Source of the DNA: Planctomycetota bacterium
Lineage (GTDB): Bacteria; Planctomycetota; Phycisphaerae; FEN-1346
DNA: 64,000 nucleotides
Assembly (NCBI GenBank): GCA_030602705.1
Contig: JAUVZF010000012.1
Coordinates: 805 to 64,804, forward strand
Direction: 5' to 3'
The notes beneath the pieces were generated by a model. That model saw nothing but the letters and a program-made list of their open reading frames with translations. It made no database searches and was not told the DNA's origin. The position numbers and the translations under genes are program-made. This document shows positions 20,748-30,437 of the stretch, one piece after another. Positions within the stretch are counted from its first letter, which is position 1. Every line of letters begins with the position of its first letter.

Positions 20748-20914
20748 GCCGCACGCTTCGAGCGGCCAGCGTACCCGCCCGGCGGCAGCGCTTCAACCAT
20801 GTTGCGCTCACAAGCCCCGTGTCGCGCCGTTGCGAAAGCATGCTCTCCACGCTTCGCGCGGCGGGCAAGACTGCCCACCGCGCCAGGATCCGCTACCTTC
20901 AAGCGTAAACTACC

Positions 20915-22882
20915 CTACCGGCCGAGTTGTTTCAGGGCCGCGTCGGTCGAAAAGCGGATGAACATGGCGAGCGGTCCTTTGCGTTTCCTGGCGTCCTTGG
21001 CGGCAGCCCGCAGCGCATCGAGGGCCGGGCGGGCCCGGTTGCCGAGCAGTTGGAGCGTCCGTGCGGCGTGCAAGGCGATGTTCGCGTCTTTGTCGGCGAG
21101 TTCCTTGATGAGCAGCGGCATCGCCTTCGGCGATACGCCTCCGTATGGATCGGGTCTTCCCATGGCGACCAGGGCGCCGGCCGCTTCGATACGGACGTTC
21201 GGCGCCGGGTCGCCGAGCGCCTTGGTGAGCGCGTCGGCGGCGGGTGCGGCGCCGGGCCCCAGGGCGTTGAGGCCGACGGCGGCCCAGTAGCGGCAGGCGG
21301 CGTCGGCGCCGGCCAGAAGTTCGACCTGGCGCGGGAGCGCATCGGGACCGCGGCCGACGAGGTCCGCCGCTTCGAGGATCCGCTTCTGCGGGTACCTGTC
21401 GGTCTCGCGCGCCATCTGGTACGGCGTGGCGGCCTCGGACCGCCGCCACAGTTCCACCTCCGGCAGGAAGGCCACGTCGCGGGAGTCGGCCATCCACGTC
21501 CGGTGCAGCCGTCGCATCCTGTCGAGGACGGTCTTGTGTTCGGGAGAGGCCGCCAGGTTGTGGAGTTGCTGTGGATCCTTCCGGACGTCGTAGAGTTCCT
21601 CAAGCGGCCGCGTGGGCCCGGCGTAAGCGAGTTGCGGCCCTTTGAGTACCCCCTCGGCCGCCAGACGGGTGATCTCGCCGCGAATCTCGCCCTGGTCGGA
21701 GTAGGCGCTCGGCTGGTTGTAGGAGAGGTGCGGCATGTAGTTGCGGATGTAGAGGTACCGTTTGTCGCGGACGCTTCGAGCGAGGTCGTACGCCTCGTCC
21801 ACACGGTCGCGGTGGCCGTACACGCAAGCGCGCGGCTCCCCCGCGGCGGGACCGAGGAAGGCAACGCCCTGCATGTACTCGGGGATCGGGAGGCCGGCGA
21901 GGCTCAGCACGGTCGGCGCGAAATCGACGAACGAGACCAGTTGGTCCACCGTCTCGCCGGGCGCGGCGGGGGCCAGGCGCCGGTACTTCTTCGGGAAACG
22001 GATGAGCAGCGGCACGTGGAGGCCCGAGTCGAGCACCAGCCGCTTGTGGCGCGGCAGGCCGGCGCCGTGGTCGGAGTAGAAGAAGACGATGGTGTCGTCG
22101 GCCAGGCCGTCGTCCTGGAGTTCCTTGAGGATGCGGCCGACGTTGGTGTCCATCGCGGTGATGCAGTCGTAGTAGCGGGCCACGGTCCGCCGCGTGACGG
22201 GCGTGTCGGGATAGTACGGCGGCACGGGCGCCTTGGCGGGGTCGTGGCGCTCGTGCGGCGTAAGGCGCGACTGGACTTGCTTCTTGAACTGGTCGTACGA
22301 CCAGACCATCGACCGCGACTGGTGTGTGGTCACGTCGTTGAAGACGCTGAAGAAGGGCTGCCCGGTCTCCCGGCCGCGCCAGTGGGCCTTGTTGCTCGAC
22401 TTGTCCCACGAGGCCCGGATGATGGCCGGCTCGCCCGCCGTATTGTAGTCGGTCTTGACGTTGTTCGTGCAGTAGTACCCGGCGGCCCGCAGGTACGAGG
22501 GGAAGCCCTTCATCTCGGGCGGGATCGGCAGCCGCGACCGCAGGTGCATCGTGCCCAGCGACGTGGCGTACACGCCGGTGATGAGACACGACCGGGTGGG
22601 AGAACAGACCGGCGCCGTGGCAAAGGCGCCCGTGTACCGGACACTCTCGGCCGCCAGGCGGTCGATGTTCGGCGTCCGGGCGTAAGAGTCGCCCCAGCAT
22701 CCGAGGTTCGGGCTCATGTCCTCACAGGTGATCCAGAGGATGTTGGGCCGGAGCACGTTTCGTTTCCTCGTCCGGGCGCAGGTTGGCAGGGCGGCGGCCA
22801 GAACGGTGCCGAGCGATGCGGCCCCCGTCGTCCGGAGGAACCGGCGGCGCGTTACGGTTCGGTCCGGATCACGGCATGTCAT
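20915..22882 (-). CDS. Sulfatase fused to C-terminal HEAT-repeat domain
   Basis: ATG at 22882. RRRFLRTTGAASLG Tat signal. Canonical CSPTRS sulfatase motif. C-terminal ~170 aa HEAT-like repeats (PNVRIEAAGALVAMG, ANIALHAARTLQLLG). Confidence 0.8.
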   Translation of the reverse strand: MTCRDPDRTVTRRRFLRTTGAASLGTVLAAALPTCARTRKRNVLRPNILWITCEDMSPNLGCWGDSYARTPNIDRLAAESVRYTGAFATAPVCSPTRSCLITGVYATSLGTMHLRSRLPIPPEMKGFPSYLRAAGYYCTNNVKTDYNTAGEPAIIRASWDKSSNKAHWRGRETGQPFFSVFNDVTTHQSRSMVWSYDQFKKQVQSRLTPHERHDPAKAPVPPYYPDTPVTRRTVARYYDCITAMDTNVGRILKELQDDGLADDTIVFFYSDHGAGLPRHKRLVLDSGLHVPLLIRFPKKYRRLAPAAPGETVDQLVSFVDFAPTVLSLAGLPIPEYMQGVAFLGPAAGEPRACVYGHRDRVDEAYDLARSVRDKRYLYIRNYMPHLSYNQPSAYSDQGEIRGEITRLAAEGVLKGPQLAYAGPTRPLEELYDVRKDPQQLHNLAASPEHKTVLDRMRRLHRTWMADSRDVAFLPEVELWRRSEAATPYQMARETDRYPQKRILEAADLVGRGPDALPRQVELLAGADAACRYWAAVGLNALGPGAAPAADALTKALGDPAPNVRIEAAGALVAMGRPDPYGGVSPKAMPLLIKELADKDANIALHAARTLQLLGNRARPALDALRAAAKDARKRKGPLAMFIRFSTDAALKQLGR

Positions 22883-23961
22883 GGCATTCCTCTTTTCTGG
22901 TCCGGCGCGTTGCTGTGCGCCCGAACCATCTGAACCAAGCGCCGCGTCTCGGCTTCCGGGTCCTCGGCCGCGCAGACGGCGCTCGAGACGGCGAGCCATC
23001 CCGCCCCCGCCGCCAGGACCTCGGCGGCGCCGGCGGCCGTGATGCCACCGATCGCCATCATCGGCAGGCCCACCTTGGCCGTGACCTCGACGGCCAGCGC
23101 CGGTCCCGGGATGACCTCCTGCGGCTTGGTGGAACTGTGGAACATGGGCCCGCACCCGATGTAGTCGGCCCCGGCCTCAGCCGCCGCCAGCGCCTGCCGG
23201 AGGCTGTGGGTGCTTGTGCCGACGATGCGTTGGGGGCCGACGATCCGCCGAGCCTCCTGCGGCGAGAGGTCGTCCTGACCTACGTGGACGCCGTCGGCCG
23301 CCGCCAGCACCGCAACGTCCGGCCGGTCGTTGACGATCGCCAGCGCTGCCGCCTCATGGGCTGCGCGGCAGACCTGCCGCGAACGCTCCAGAAGCGCCCC
23401 GTCCGTCATCTCCTTTTCGCGGACCTGGATGGCGGCCGCGCCGGCGGCCAGCGCGCCGCGGAGCACCTCCTGCCACGGCCGGCGGCAGAGCGATTCGGTC
23501 AACAGGACGCACAGCCCGCCTGCGGCCAGTTTGCCGGCCGGGCGTGCGGCCTCCTCGAAGCGCTTCTCCAGGTCGTACACCCGGTACCGGAGCCGCTCGA
23601 CGGCCGCTGCCACCCGGGCATCGAGCGTCTTGGAGTACTCCTCGATGGCCCGCAGCGCCTCGGTCAGGCGCCGGAAGGCGGCCCGCGCGACGTCGGCCGT
23701 GCCGTCGCGGCGGGCCTCGGTGTCGGTGGCAAGTTCGGTCCCGACGTCGCCGGCGGTGTCGCGCGCAAGGAGCAGCCGCCGGGCATCGAGCCGTCCGAGC
23801 GCCTCTCGAAGATCGTGCCTCGTGCCCTTCAGCGCCTCGGCCAGGTCGGGGCGCTGGAGTGCGAAGCGTGCGGCTTCCTCGGCCACCCGCAGCGCTTCGC
23901 GTGCCCGGTTGGCGTTGGCGTCGAGGACGCGGTAGACGTTGGTTTCATCGCGATCGTTCAT
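22879..23961 (-). CDS. thiE: Thiamine-phosphate synthase with N-terminal extension
   Basis: C-terminal ThiE TIM-barrel motifs (ADGVHVGQDD, GTSTHS, IGCGPMF, AIGGI). Its stop overlaps the sulfatase start by 4 nt. Confidence 0.75.
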   Translation of the reverse strand: MNDRDETNVYRVLDANANRAREALRVAEEAARFALQRPDLAEALKGTRHDLREALGRLDARRLLLARDTAGDVGTELATDTEARRDGTADVARAAFRRLTEALRAIEEYSKTLDARVAAAVERLRYRVYDLEKRFEEAARPAGKLAAGGLCVLLTESLCRRPWQEVLRGALAAGAAAIQVREKEMTDGALLERSRQVCRAAHEAAALAIVNDRPDVAVLAAADGVHVGQDDLSPQEARRIVGPQRIVGTSTHSLRQALAAAEAGADYIGCGPMFHSSTKPQEVIPGPALAVEVTAKVGLPMMAIGGITAAGAAEVLAAGAGWLAVSSAVCAAEDPEAETRRLVQMVRAHSNAPDQKRGMP

Positions 23962-24230
23962 GGGCGTATAACCTGTGACAATGGCATCGACGTTGACAAA
24001 GTAGCAGTGACCCGGCGCGCCGGATTGTACCGGCCGGCGGCCGTTTTGCCTATTGCCTAATTCCTAGATGCCTGCCTTCCCGGCCCGAGCGAGAAAGCGT
24101 GTCTTGCGAGTCGGCCATGATGGACGTGATGCCTGGAGCGGGTTGTTCGAGCGTGCCGTTCGAGCCCGCCGCGCCAGGTTCGAGCCCGCCGCGGGAGCGG
24201 CGGGGCACTCCCTCCCACCGTGCCGCTCCC

Positions 24231-24575
24231 CTACTCATCCACGTACTCATCCTCCGGGTCGAACGGCGGCATGACGACGTTGAGGATCGTGAGGCGACCC
24301 ACGGCGCGGTGGCGGCAGCCGGGCCGGATCATGACGGCCGTCATCGGCCGCACGGGAATCTTCCGGCCGTCGAGTTCGACGTGCCCTTCACCCTCCAGGA
24401 CCACGTAGGTCTCAGTCATCTTCTTGTGCCAGTGGACGAGCGCCTCGGCGGCGATCTCAACGAGATGGACGGAGGCCGTCTCGTTCTCCCCCGTCACAAA
24501 CGCCCGCCGCGACGCGCCGCACGGGCACGCGGACGGGGCGATTTCATCCAACTGGGCAACGAGATAGTTGGCCAT
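24231..24575 (-). CDS. Cupin domain protein
   Basis: Small beta-barrel composition with His-rich metal site (HLVEI...HWH). Confidence 0.55.
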   Translation of the reverse strand: MANYLVAQLDEIAPSACPCGASRRAFVTGENETASVHLVEIAAEALVHWHKKMTETYVVLEGEGHVELDGRKIPVRPMTAVMIRPGCRHRAVGRLTILNVVMPPFDPEDEYVDE

Positions 24576-24816
24576 CGGGCGATCCTTTCACAACTGGCGA
24601 TTCTGTCACCCCACCGCGCCGCACGCGATGTTGCGGCCAGTCTAGGGACACTTGCCGCAGGGGTCAAGATACGGCGTGTGGCACGGCTGGCTTGCCCAGC
24701 CGTGAGAGGAAACCGTGTGCCACGGCCGGTCTTGTCCGGCCGTGCTCTTTCGGCGGCCACCGGAGCGGATGGCACTCGCGGGGAGCAGGCCCACGTGACC
24801 TCCTCGGGCAGCCCTG

Positions 24817-25551
24817 CTACAATAGCGTTCCGGCCTGTACCGCCTCCGGCATCTCGTTCCAGGTACGCCCTTCGAGCAGGCGTCCGGCCTTCTTCTTGTT
24901 TCGGCCGCCCCATTGCTTGAAGAAGAAGGGGACGCCGGATGCCAGGCACCGGTCGCGAACGCCGGTCGCCCATTCCGGACGCATCGGCCGGGCGCTGGGG
25001 CCCGACTCGCCGCCGACGATCACCCAATCGATGCCGGCCAGGTCCAACTTGGGCACCGGGCCGAGCAGAGGCTCCAGGGAGAGGAACTTCGTCCTGGCGG
25101 GGGTTCCCCTCAGCCGGTCGATACGGTCGATGTAATCGGCGTGCTCGACCGTGACGCCCATCCACACGTTCTCAGGCCAATCCAGATTGGGCGCCAGTTC
25201 GGCCAGCCGCTCGCATCGCTTGGTGAGGATTTGGAACACGTGATGGGAAGCGCGGTGCATCACGTCGAAGACCCGTTCGAGAAAAGAGAGGGGCACCTCT
25301 TCGTGGAACAGGTCGCTCATCGAATTGACGAACACCATCCGCGGTGTCCGCCATTTCAGCGGCACGCCGAGCATGTGCTCGTGCAGCGTAACGCGGAACC
25401 CGTTGGCGTAGTTGGGGTTGCCCATCGCCCGCAGGCGCTTGGCCAACCGCTCGGCGTAACAGTACGTGCAGCCCAGGCTGACCTTCGTGCAACCGGTTAC
25501 GGGGTTCCACGTTGCTTCCGTCCATTCGATGGCCGAGTGTAGGGCCATCAA
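24817..25551 (-). CDS. Phage Gp37/Gp68-like three-Cys-motif protein (DUF5131 family)
   Basis: N-terminal IEWTEATWNPVTGCTKVSLGCTYCYA (C-x6-C-x2-C) and the family's C-terminal FFFKQWGG. Its stop overlaps the TcmP-like gene end by 4 nt. Confidence 0.7.
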   Translation of the reverse strand: MMALHSAIEWTEATWNPVTGCTKVSLGCTYCYAERLAKRLRAMGNPNYANGFRVTLHEHMLGVPLKWRTPRMVFVNSMSDLFHEEVPLSFLERVFDVMHRASHHVFQILTKRCERLAELAPNLDWPENVWMGVTVEHADYIDRIDRLRGTPARTKFLSLEPLLGPVPKLDLAGIDWVIVGGESGPSARPMRPEWATGVRDRCLASGVPFFFKQWGGRNKKKAGRLLEGRTWNEMPEAVQAGTLL

Positions 25552-26657
25552 CCAGTCTCCCCGTTCGGAAACTTGACAAGGATGTGGTCGGCAAAAGTCC
25601 CTTTCTTGTGAGACTCGGTCTTAATGATGCCTTCTGCCTCCAGTGCGAGCAGCACGTCCTTGTAATTGCGTTCGACGTAGTCCGTCCCGACACTGTGTTT
25701 CTCGTAGATCTCCCTCATGCGCATTGTATGTCCTGCGAAGTCCCGCAGCAATGCTGTACGGAGCGCGTCCAGCGGCTTGTCGAACTGGAACTGGAACTGA
25801 CCCAGTGCTGACGGGTTGTACTCAAATGTCGGAACTCCCTGAGGTGCAGTGGAACTGGCACTCGCCATGATGTTCTTCATGATGTGATAGCCCTTGAACC
25901 CCTTCGTAACGAAGATGAGATAGTGGCTTGTACGCGCCCCGCCTGGTGTCTTGAACCGGAAAGGCCGAACGTACTTCCCGTGCACTTCCGTTAGGGCTTC
26001 GACCAACTCCTTTAGGATTGCCTGTTCCCGCTCAGATGGGCTCTTGCCTTTGAGCGTCAAGCGAAGCCTATTGGCCCGCTCGGTACTCAAGATGGCGTCC
26101 ACGTGGCTCGCGAGTGACAGGTTGTCGATCGCTGCGTTAAAGCGGTTGTAGTTGAAGAAGAAGATGCATTCGCACGCCCAATCCTTGATCACTGAGTTCA
26201 CAAGGTCGAGCGACAAGCCCTTGTAGCCGCACGGATCAAGGAACAGCAGTGAGGGGTCGAGCATCATCCCACGTAGTACTGCCACAATCTCGGCTCCGGT
26301 CTCGCCCGTTGCGATGTCTGGGGGGTATCTCAGGCCATGGATGCCGGCCAGGGAGTTTACCTCGTCGGCCAGGCGCCTCACGTAGTCCCGATTCTTGTCC
26401 CTGAAGATTGAGACCAACCTGCGGCTTACTTCGGGATTGGCAATAGCCTTGTCCAAGACCAGGAGAGGTGTTGAGGGCGTCCCGTCATCGTAGCGGCCGG
26501 GACCCGCATACAGGTCAATATAGGCAATCTTGCCGTCGCCGCCTCTTTTAATGGTCGACACAATGACTCTTGACCAGGCATCGAAGTACTTCGAAACGAT
26601 CTGAGCCTTCACCTTGGACTGCTCAAGTGGCTCCTTGAAGAATATCGCGTCGCTCAT
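25548..26657 (-). CDS. Three-Cys-motif partner protein (TcmP-like), Rossmann/MTase-like
   Basis: ~370 aa. YIDLYAGPGRY (glycine-rich motif-I-like) and FLDPCGYKG (DPPY-like). Visibly lower GC than its flanks. Immediately upstream of and overlapping the Gp37/Gp68-like gene. Confidence 0.6.
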   Translation of the reverse strand: MSDAIFFKEPLEQSKVKAQIVSKYFDAWSRVIVSTIKRGGDGKIAYIDLYAGPGRYDDGTPSTPLLVLDKAIANPEVSRRLVSIFRDKNRDYVRRLADEVNSLAGIHGLRYPPDIATGETGAEIVAVLRGMMLDPSLLFLDPCGYKGLSLDLVNSVIKDWACECIFFFNYNRFNAAIDNLSLASHVDAILSTERANRLRLTLKGKSPSEREQAILKELVEALTEVHGKYVRPFRFKTPGGARTSHYLIFVTKGFKGYHIMKNIMASASSTAPQGVPTFEYNPSALGQFQFQFDKPLDALRTALLRDFAGHTMRMREIYEKHSVGTDYVERNYKDVLLALEAEGIIKTESHKKGTFADHILVKFPNGETG

Positions 26658-27294
26658 CGCGCACGTCGCTTATGGCCGGGCGGATCGGTATCGTTCATTG
26701 CATGTTACCGGGCCATCTAATCACGACGGCCAGTCACTTGCAAGCACAAGACCCGCGACGACGGGCCTGCGCCCATACCTCACCGCCTCCGCGTTATCCC
26801 CATCCCGCACAGCGGCACGACTTGGCGGAGTTCGGGTGCGCCGAACTGGAAGATGGTGAAGCCGCCGGTCTTATGGCGGCGGGTGATGGTAATCTGGTCG
26901 ATGAGGCGGTTGATGTTGCACTTGACGGGCCAGACCGAGCGCGGCAGCGAAAAGGATGAGCAGCCTCACGGCATGTCTCCTTAACGGAACCCTTTTGGCG
27001 ACCCACCTATGAGTGTAACCGCGCACGGCGCCGAATCAATCGGCCAACCACGGACGGGTGGACACGGTTCGGCACGCCCTCCGAACTTGCCAAAACCCCC
27101 TTGCACGGACCGGTGTGCGCGGCGTAATCTGGAGGGTGGTGCGGCGGAGCGGGAGGCTGCCGACGGGGGGGTGCAAGGCCGCCGGCCGAGCGGCCGAACA
27201 AGGAAAAATCGCACGCGGTTTTTGCTCTTGACAGGTTCGCGGCGCCCGTTACACTCCGCGCGGGACGGCCATGGGGTAGGAAAGGGAACACCGG

Positions 27295-27807
27295 ATGGCC
27301 CGGAAGACCAACCGTCGGCAGCAGATCGAAAACGAGCCGACACGCGAGGTCCGGGATCGGGCGGCACCGTCTGAGTTACCCGCCGGCGAGACCGAACCCG
27401 GTGGCGAGGAGACACTGGAGTACACCGAACTCGTCCTCCTCGTCCACGCGAACAACCTGCCCGAGGCCGAACTCTTCAAGGCCGCACTCCAGGCCCACGG
27501 CATTCCCGCACTCCTCGAAGGCGAGGGGGTCGGCGTCGCCGGCATCCCCGACGTCGGAGCGGGCGTGCCCGTCCTGGTGCCCGAAGAATTTGCGGATCAG
27601 GCGGCTGAACTGATCGCCGAATTGGAGTCCGCCAGACCGGCCATACGGCCCGTAGGGGAGGACGACGACTTGGAAGACGAGGAGATCCTTGACCAGCGCG
27701 AGGGCGGCCTCGAGGACATCGACGAAGAGGATGTCGACGAACTCGACTCGCTCGACGACGAGGACGACGACGAGGACGACCGGGACGACGAAGACGACGA
27801 CCAATAG
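27295..27807 (+). CDS. Hypothetical protein with DUF2007-like domain and poly-acidic C-terminal tail
   Basis: Small alpha/beta domain (LVLLVHANNLPEAELFKAALQAHGIPALLEGEG) followed by a D/E-rich tail. Confidence 0.45.
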   Translation: MARKTNRRQQIENEPTREVRDRAAPSELPAGETEPGGEETLEYTELVLLVHANNLPEAELFKAALQAHGIPALLEGEGVGVAGIPDVGAGVPVLVPEEFADQAAELIAELESARPAIRPVGEDDDLEDEEILDQREGGLEDIDEEDVDELDSLDDEDDDEDDRDDEDDDQ

Positions 27808-27934
27808 GCGTCGGTCACCGTTGCCCCTCGCCGAGATCGACCTGCATCAGGCTTCGCCTCGCTTCGCGGATGTCTCCGCCGAGCGTTCCGTTTGCTTGAT
27901 CCAGCCGGAACGACGAACGCCGACACTGGCGGGT

Positions 27935-28045
27935 GCGTGTTTAGCAGGGTGGCACGGCCACGCGCAGCGTGACCGTGTGCTCCCCGGCGCGATGCGGTTC
28001 ACGGCCACGCATACTGCCGCGTGACCGTGCCACCCTCTTGGTGGC
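27935..28045. repeat. REP-like palindromic element (family C: GGTGGCACGGCCACGCGCAGCGTGACCGTG...)
   Basis: Inverted halves gtgtttagcagggtggcacggccacgcgcagcgtgaccgtg // gcgtgaccgtgccaccct..gctaaacac. Other copies at 48.5, 51.1-51.6 and 63.7-64.0 kb. Confidence 0.7.
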
Positions 28046-28106
28046 GCCGGGGACGCTAAACACGCACCTGGCGGAGCGCGGGACGAACATCAGTCGGGAG
28101 CCGACG

Positions 28107-29636
28107 ATGGCATACCTTCTGGGAATCGACATCGGAACGAGCGGAACGAAGACCCTGCTGGTGGATACGCGCGGACGCATCAAGGCCTCCGTCACCGTCG
28201 AGTATCCCTCTTACGCCCCCCGGCCGGCCTGGAGCGAACAGGCGCCCGAAGACTGGTGGAAGGCCACCGTGGGCAGCATCCGCCTGGCCCTGGCGAAGGG
28301 CAAGGTCAAGGGATCGCACGTAACGGGCATCGGCCTCTCGGGCCAGATGCACGGCAGCGTGTTCCTCGATAAGTCCGGGGTGGTGCTGCGGCGGGCCATC
28401 TTGTGGAACGATCAGCGCACGGGCGCCGAGTGCGACGAGATCACCCGCCGCGCCGGCGGACGCCGGAAACTCATCTCAATGGTCTCGAACCCCGCCCTCA
28501 CCGGCTTTACCGCGCCGAAGATCCTCTGGGTCCGAAAACACCAGCCGCGCCTCTACCAGCGGGCCGCCAAGATCCTCCTGCCCAAAGACTACGTGCGGTA
28601 TCGTCTGACCGGCGAGTTTGCCACCGAGGTCAGCGACGCATCCGGCACGCTCCTGCTGGACGTCAAACGCCGACGATGGTCGAAGAAACTCCTGGGGCTT
28701 CTCAAGATCGATCCGGACCTGCTGCCCGCGGTCTACGAATCGCAGGAGGTCTCGGGCTGCCTGACGCCGGCGGCAGCCAGGGCGACGGGGCTGGCGGCGG
28801 GCACGCCCGTGGTGGGTGGCGCCGGGGACCAGGCCGCGGGGGCCGTCGGAAACGGCATCGTCCGCCGCGGCGTCATCTCCGCCACACTCGGCACGAGCGG
28901 CGTCGTGTTCGCCCATGCCGACACCGTCCAGACCGACCCGAAAGGCCGCGTCCACACCTTCTGCCACGCCGTGGCGGGCAAGTGGCACGTCATGGGCGTC
29001 GTGCTGGCGGCGGGAGGCAGCCTGCAGTGGTTCCGCAACACCCTGTGCCAGGACCTCGTGAAACAGGCGAAACGCAAGAAGGTGGACCCGTACGAACTCA
29101 TCACGGCCGCTGCCGCCAAGGTGCCGCCGGGCAGCCACGGCCTCTACTTTCTGCCGTATCTGACGGGCGAACGCACCCCCCACGCCGACCCCAACGCCCG
29201 GGCCGCCTGGATCGGCCTCTCCAACATGCACACACGGGCCCACATGGCGCGGGCCGTCATGGAAGGCGCCACCTACGCCATGCGCGACTGCCTCCAGATC
29301 ATCTCTGGGCTAGGCGTGCCCGTCCGGGAGATTCGCGTTGCGGGCGGCGGGGCCAAGAGCGCGTTCTGGCGCGGCCTGCAGGCCGACATCTACCGCAAGG
29401 CCGTCTGGACGGTCTCCAGCGAAGAGGGACCGGCCTACGGCGTGGCCTTGCTCGCCGGCGTCGGCACCGGCGTCTGGAAATCCGTGCCCGAAGCGTGCGA
29501 CGCCACCATCCGGACGCTCAAGGTCTCCAGGCCCAATCGCAAGACCGTGCGGCTGTACGACCAACTGTATCCCGAGTACGGCCGGCTGTATCGTAGCCTG
29601 AAAGACGATTTCGCCCGCATCGCCGCCCTCCAGTAA
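28107..29636 (+). CDS. xylB: Xylulokinase (FGGY carbohydrate kinase)
   Basis: [12 protein letters not shown]-terminal FGGY motif, GLSGQMHG, and C-terminal GGGAKS motif. Start is an internal ATG of ORF 27969..29636. Confidence 0.85.
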   Translation: MAYLLGIDIGTSGTKTLLVDTRGRIKASVTVEYPSYAPRPAWSEQAPEDWWKATVGSIRLALAKGKVKGSHVTGIGLSGQMHGSVFLDKSGVVLRRAILWNDQRTGAECDEITRRAGGRRKLISMVSNPALTGFTAPKILWVRKHQPRLYQRAAKILLPKDYVRYRLTGEFATEVSDASGTLLLDVKRRRWSKKLLGLLKIDPDLLPAVYESQEVSGCLTPAAARATGLAAGTPVVGGAGDQAAGAVGNGIVRRGVISATLGTSGVVFAHADTVQTDPKGRVHTFCHAVAGKWHVMGVVLAAGGSLQWFRNTLCQDLVKQAKRKKVDPYELITAAAAKVPPGSHGLYFLPYLTGERTPHADPNARAAWIGLSNMHTRAHMARAVMEGATYAMRDCLQIISGLGVPVREIRVAGGGAKSAFWRGLQADIYRKAVWTVSSEEGPAYGVALLAGVGTGVWKSVPEACDATIRTLKVSRPNRKTVRLYDQLYPEYGRLYRSLKDDFARIAALQ

Positions 29637-29994
29637 AGCCCGCGCGCCGCCCCAACTGGAACGCACATCCGGCGCCGTGGCGCCCGGCCGCCGGCAACGG
29701 ACCCTCTGATTGCAGTTTCTCTTTGCGATTTTACGTCATGATGCGGATCGTTTTGCCGGGACATGCCGCCTGCTATCTGTCGCCCTGAGCGAGCGCAGCG
29801 AGTCGAACGGGTCTCGCCGTTCGCTTACATAGCGCTTGCTCTATAACACTTACGTCAATTTTCACCTCGCCGAAACCCCCAAATGCGCGCTTTTTTTGCC
29901 TCCAATCCTTGATTCTGGGCCGTGAGGGGTGATTTGGCCTCGAATGTTAAGATAGGTAAGGCAAAACGCGCTGGTTTTTGATCCGTTTTTGCGA

Positions 29995-30057
29995 TTTATG
30001 TGTCCGTTTTTGTCCGTTTTTGTTCCGTTTTGTTCCGTTTTTGATGGGTTTTTGAGG
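29995..30057. repeat. Short tandem repeat (GTCCGTTTTT / GTTCCGTTTT units)
   Basis: gtccgtttttgtccgtttttgttccgttttgttccgtttttgatgggtttttgag, seen directly. Confidence 0.7.
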
Positions 30058-30123
30058 GGGCAAAATTGATGTAAGTCACCAAAGCCAGAATGGCAGGCCG
30101 GGCCGGCGGCCGCAGAGGCCCAA

Positions 30124-30187
30124 AAGTTGTTAGAGTTCTAACAAAATGGAGGGTGGGGCGAGGATTTTGTTAGAGTTCTAACAAAAA
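30124..30187. promoter_or_regulatory. Two copies of the perfect palindrome TTGTTAGAGTTCTAACAAAA, 39 bp apart (candidate operator pair)
   Basis: ttgttagagttctaacaaaa occurs at ~30126 and ~30165. Each is a 9-bp-arm inverted repeat. Located at the distal (3') end of the RHS array in an AT-richer spacer. Confidence 0.45.
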
Positions 30188-30204
30188 GGCAGGGAATAGG
30201 GAAT

Positions 30205-30430
30205 GGGGAAGGGGGCCAATGCCGAATGATAAATGCCAAATGCCAAATGCCCGCCTGCGGCGGGGAACGGGGGGAAAGCCAATTGCGGATTGCGGAATGC
30301 GGATTGCGGATTGAACGGCAACGGCCCATTCCAAGCCGCGACCGCAAGGGAGCGCGTACCTGCAGGGCCGAATGCCGAATGCCGAATGCCGAATGAGAAA
30401 TGCCGAATGCCAAATGCCCGCCTGCGGCGG
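30205..30430. repeat. Heptamer microsatellite-like repeats (GAATGCC / GGATTGC) with duplicated 30-bp block
   Basis: aatgccgaatgccgaatgccgaatg..., gcggattgcggaatgcggattgcggattg, and aaatgccaaatgcccgcctgcggcggggaa occurring twice. Read directly. Confidence 0.7.
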
Positions 30431-30437
30431 GGAAAGG

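Noticed and set aside
23962-24230. Possible TPP riboswitch upstream of thiE
   Set aside because: No CUGAGA / GGGG-ACCUGAUCUGG-type THI-box motifs could be found on the coding strand. Only a generic intergenic region.
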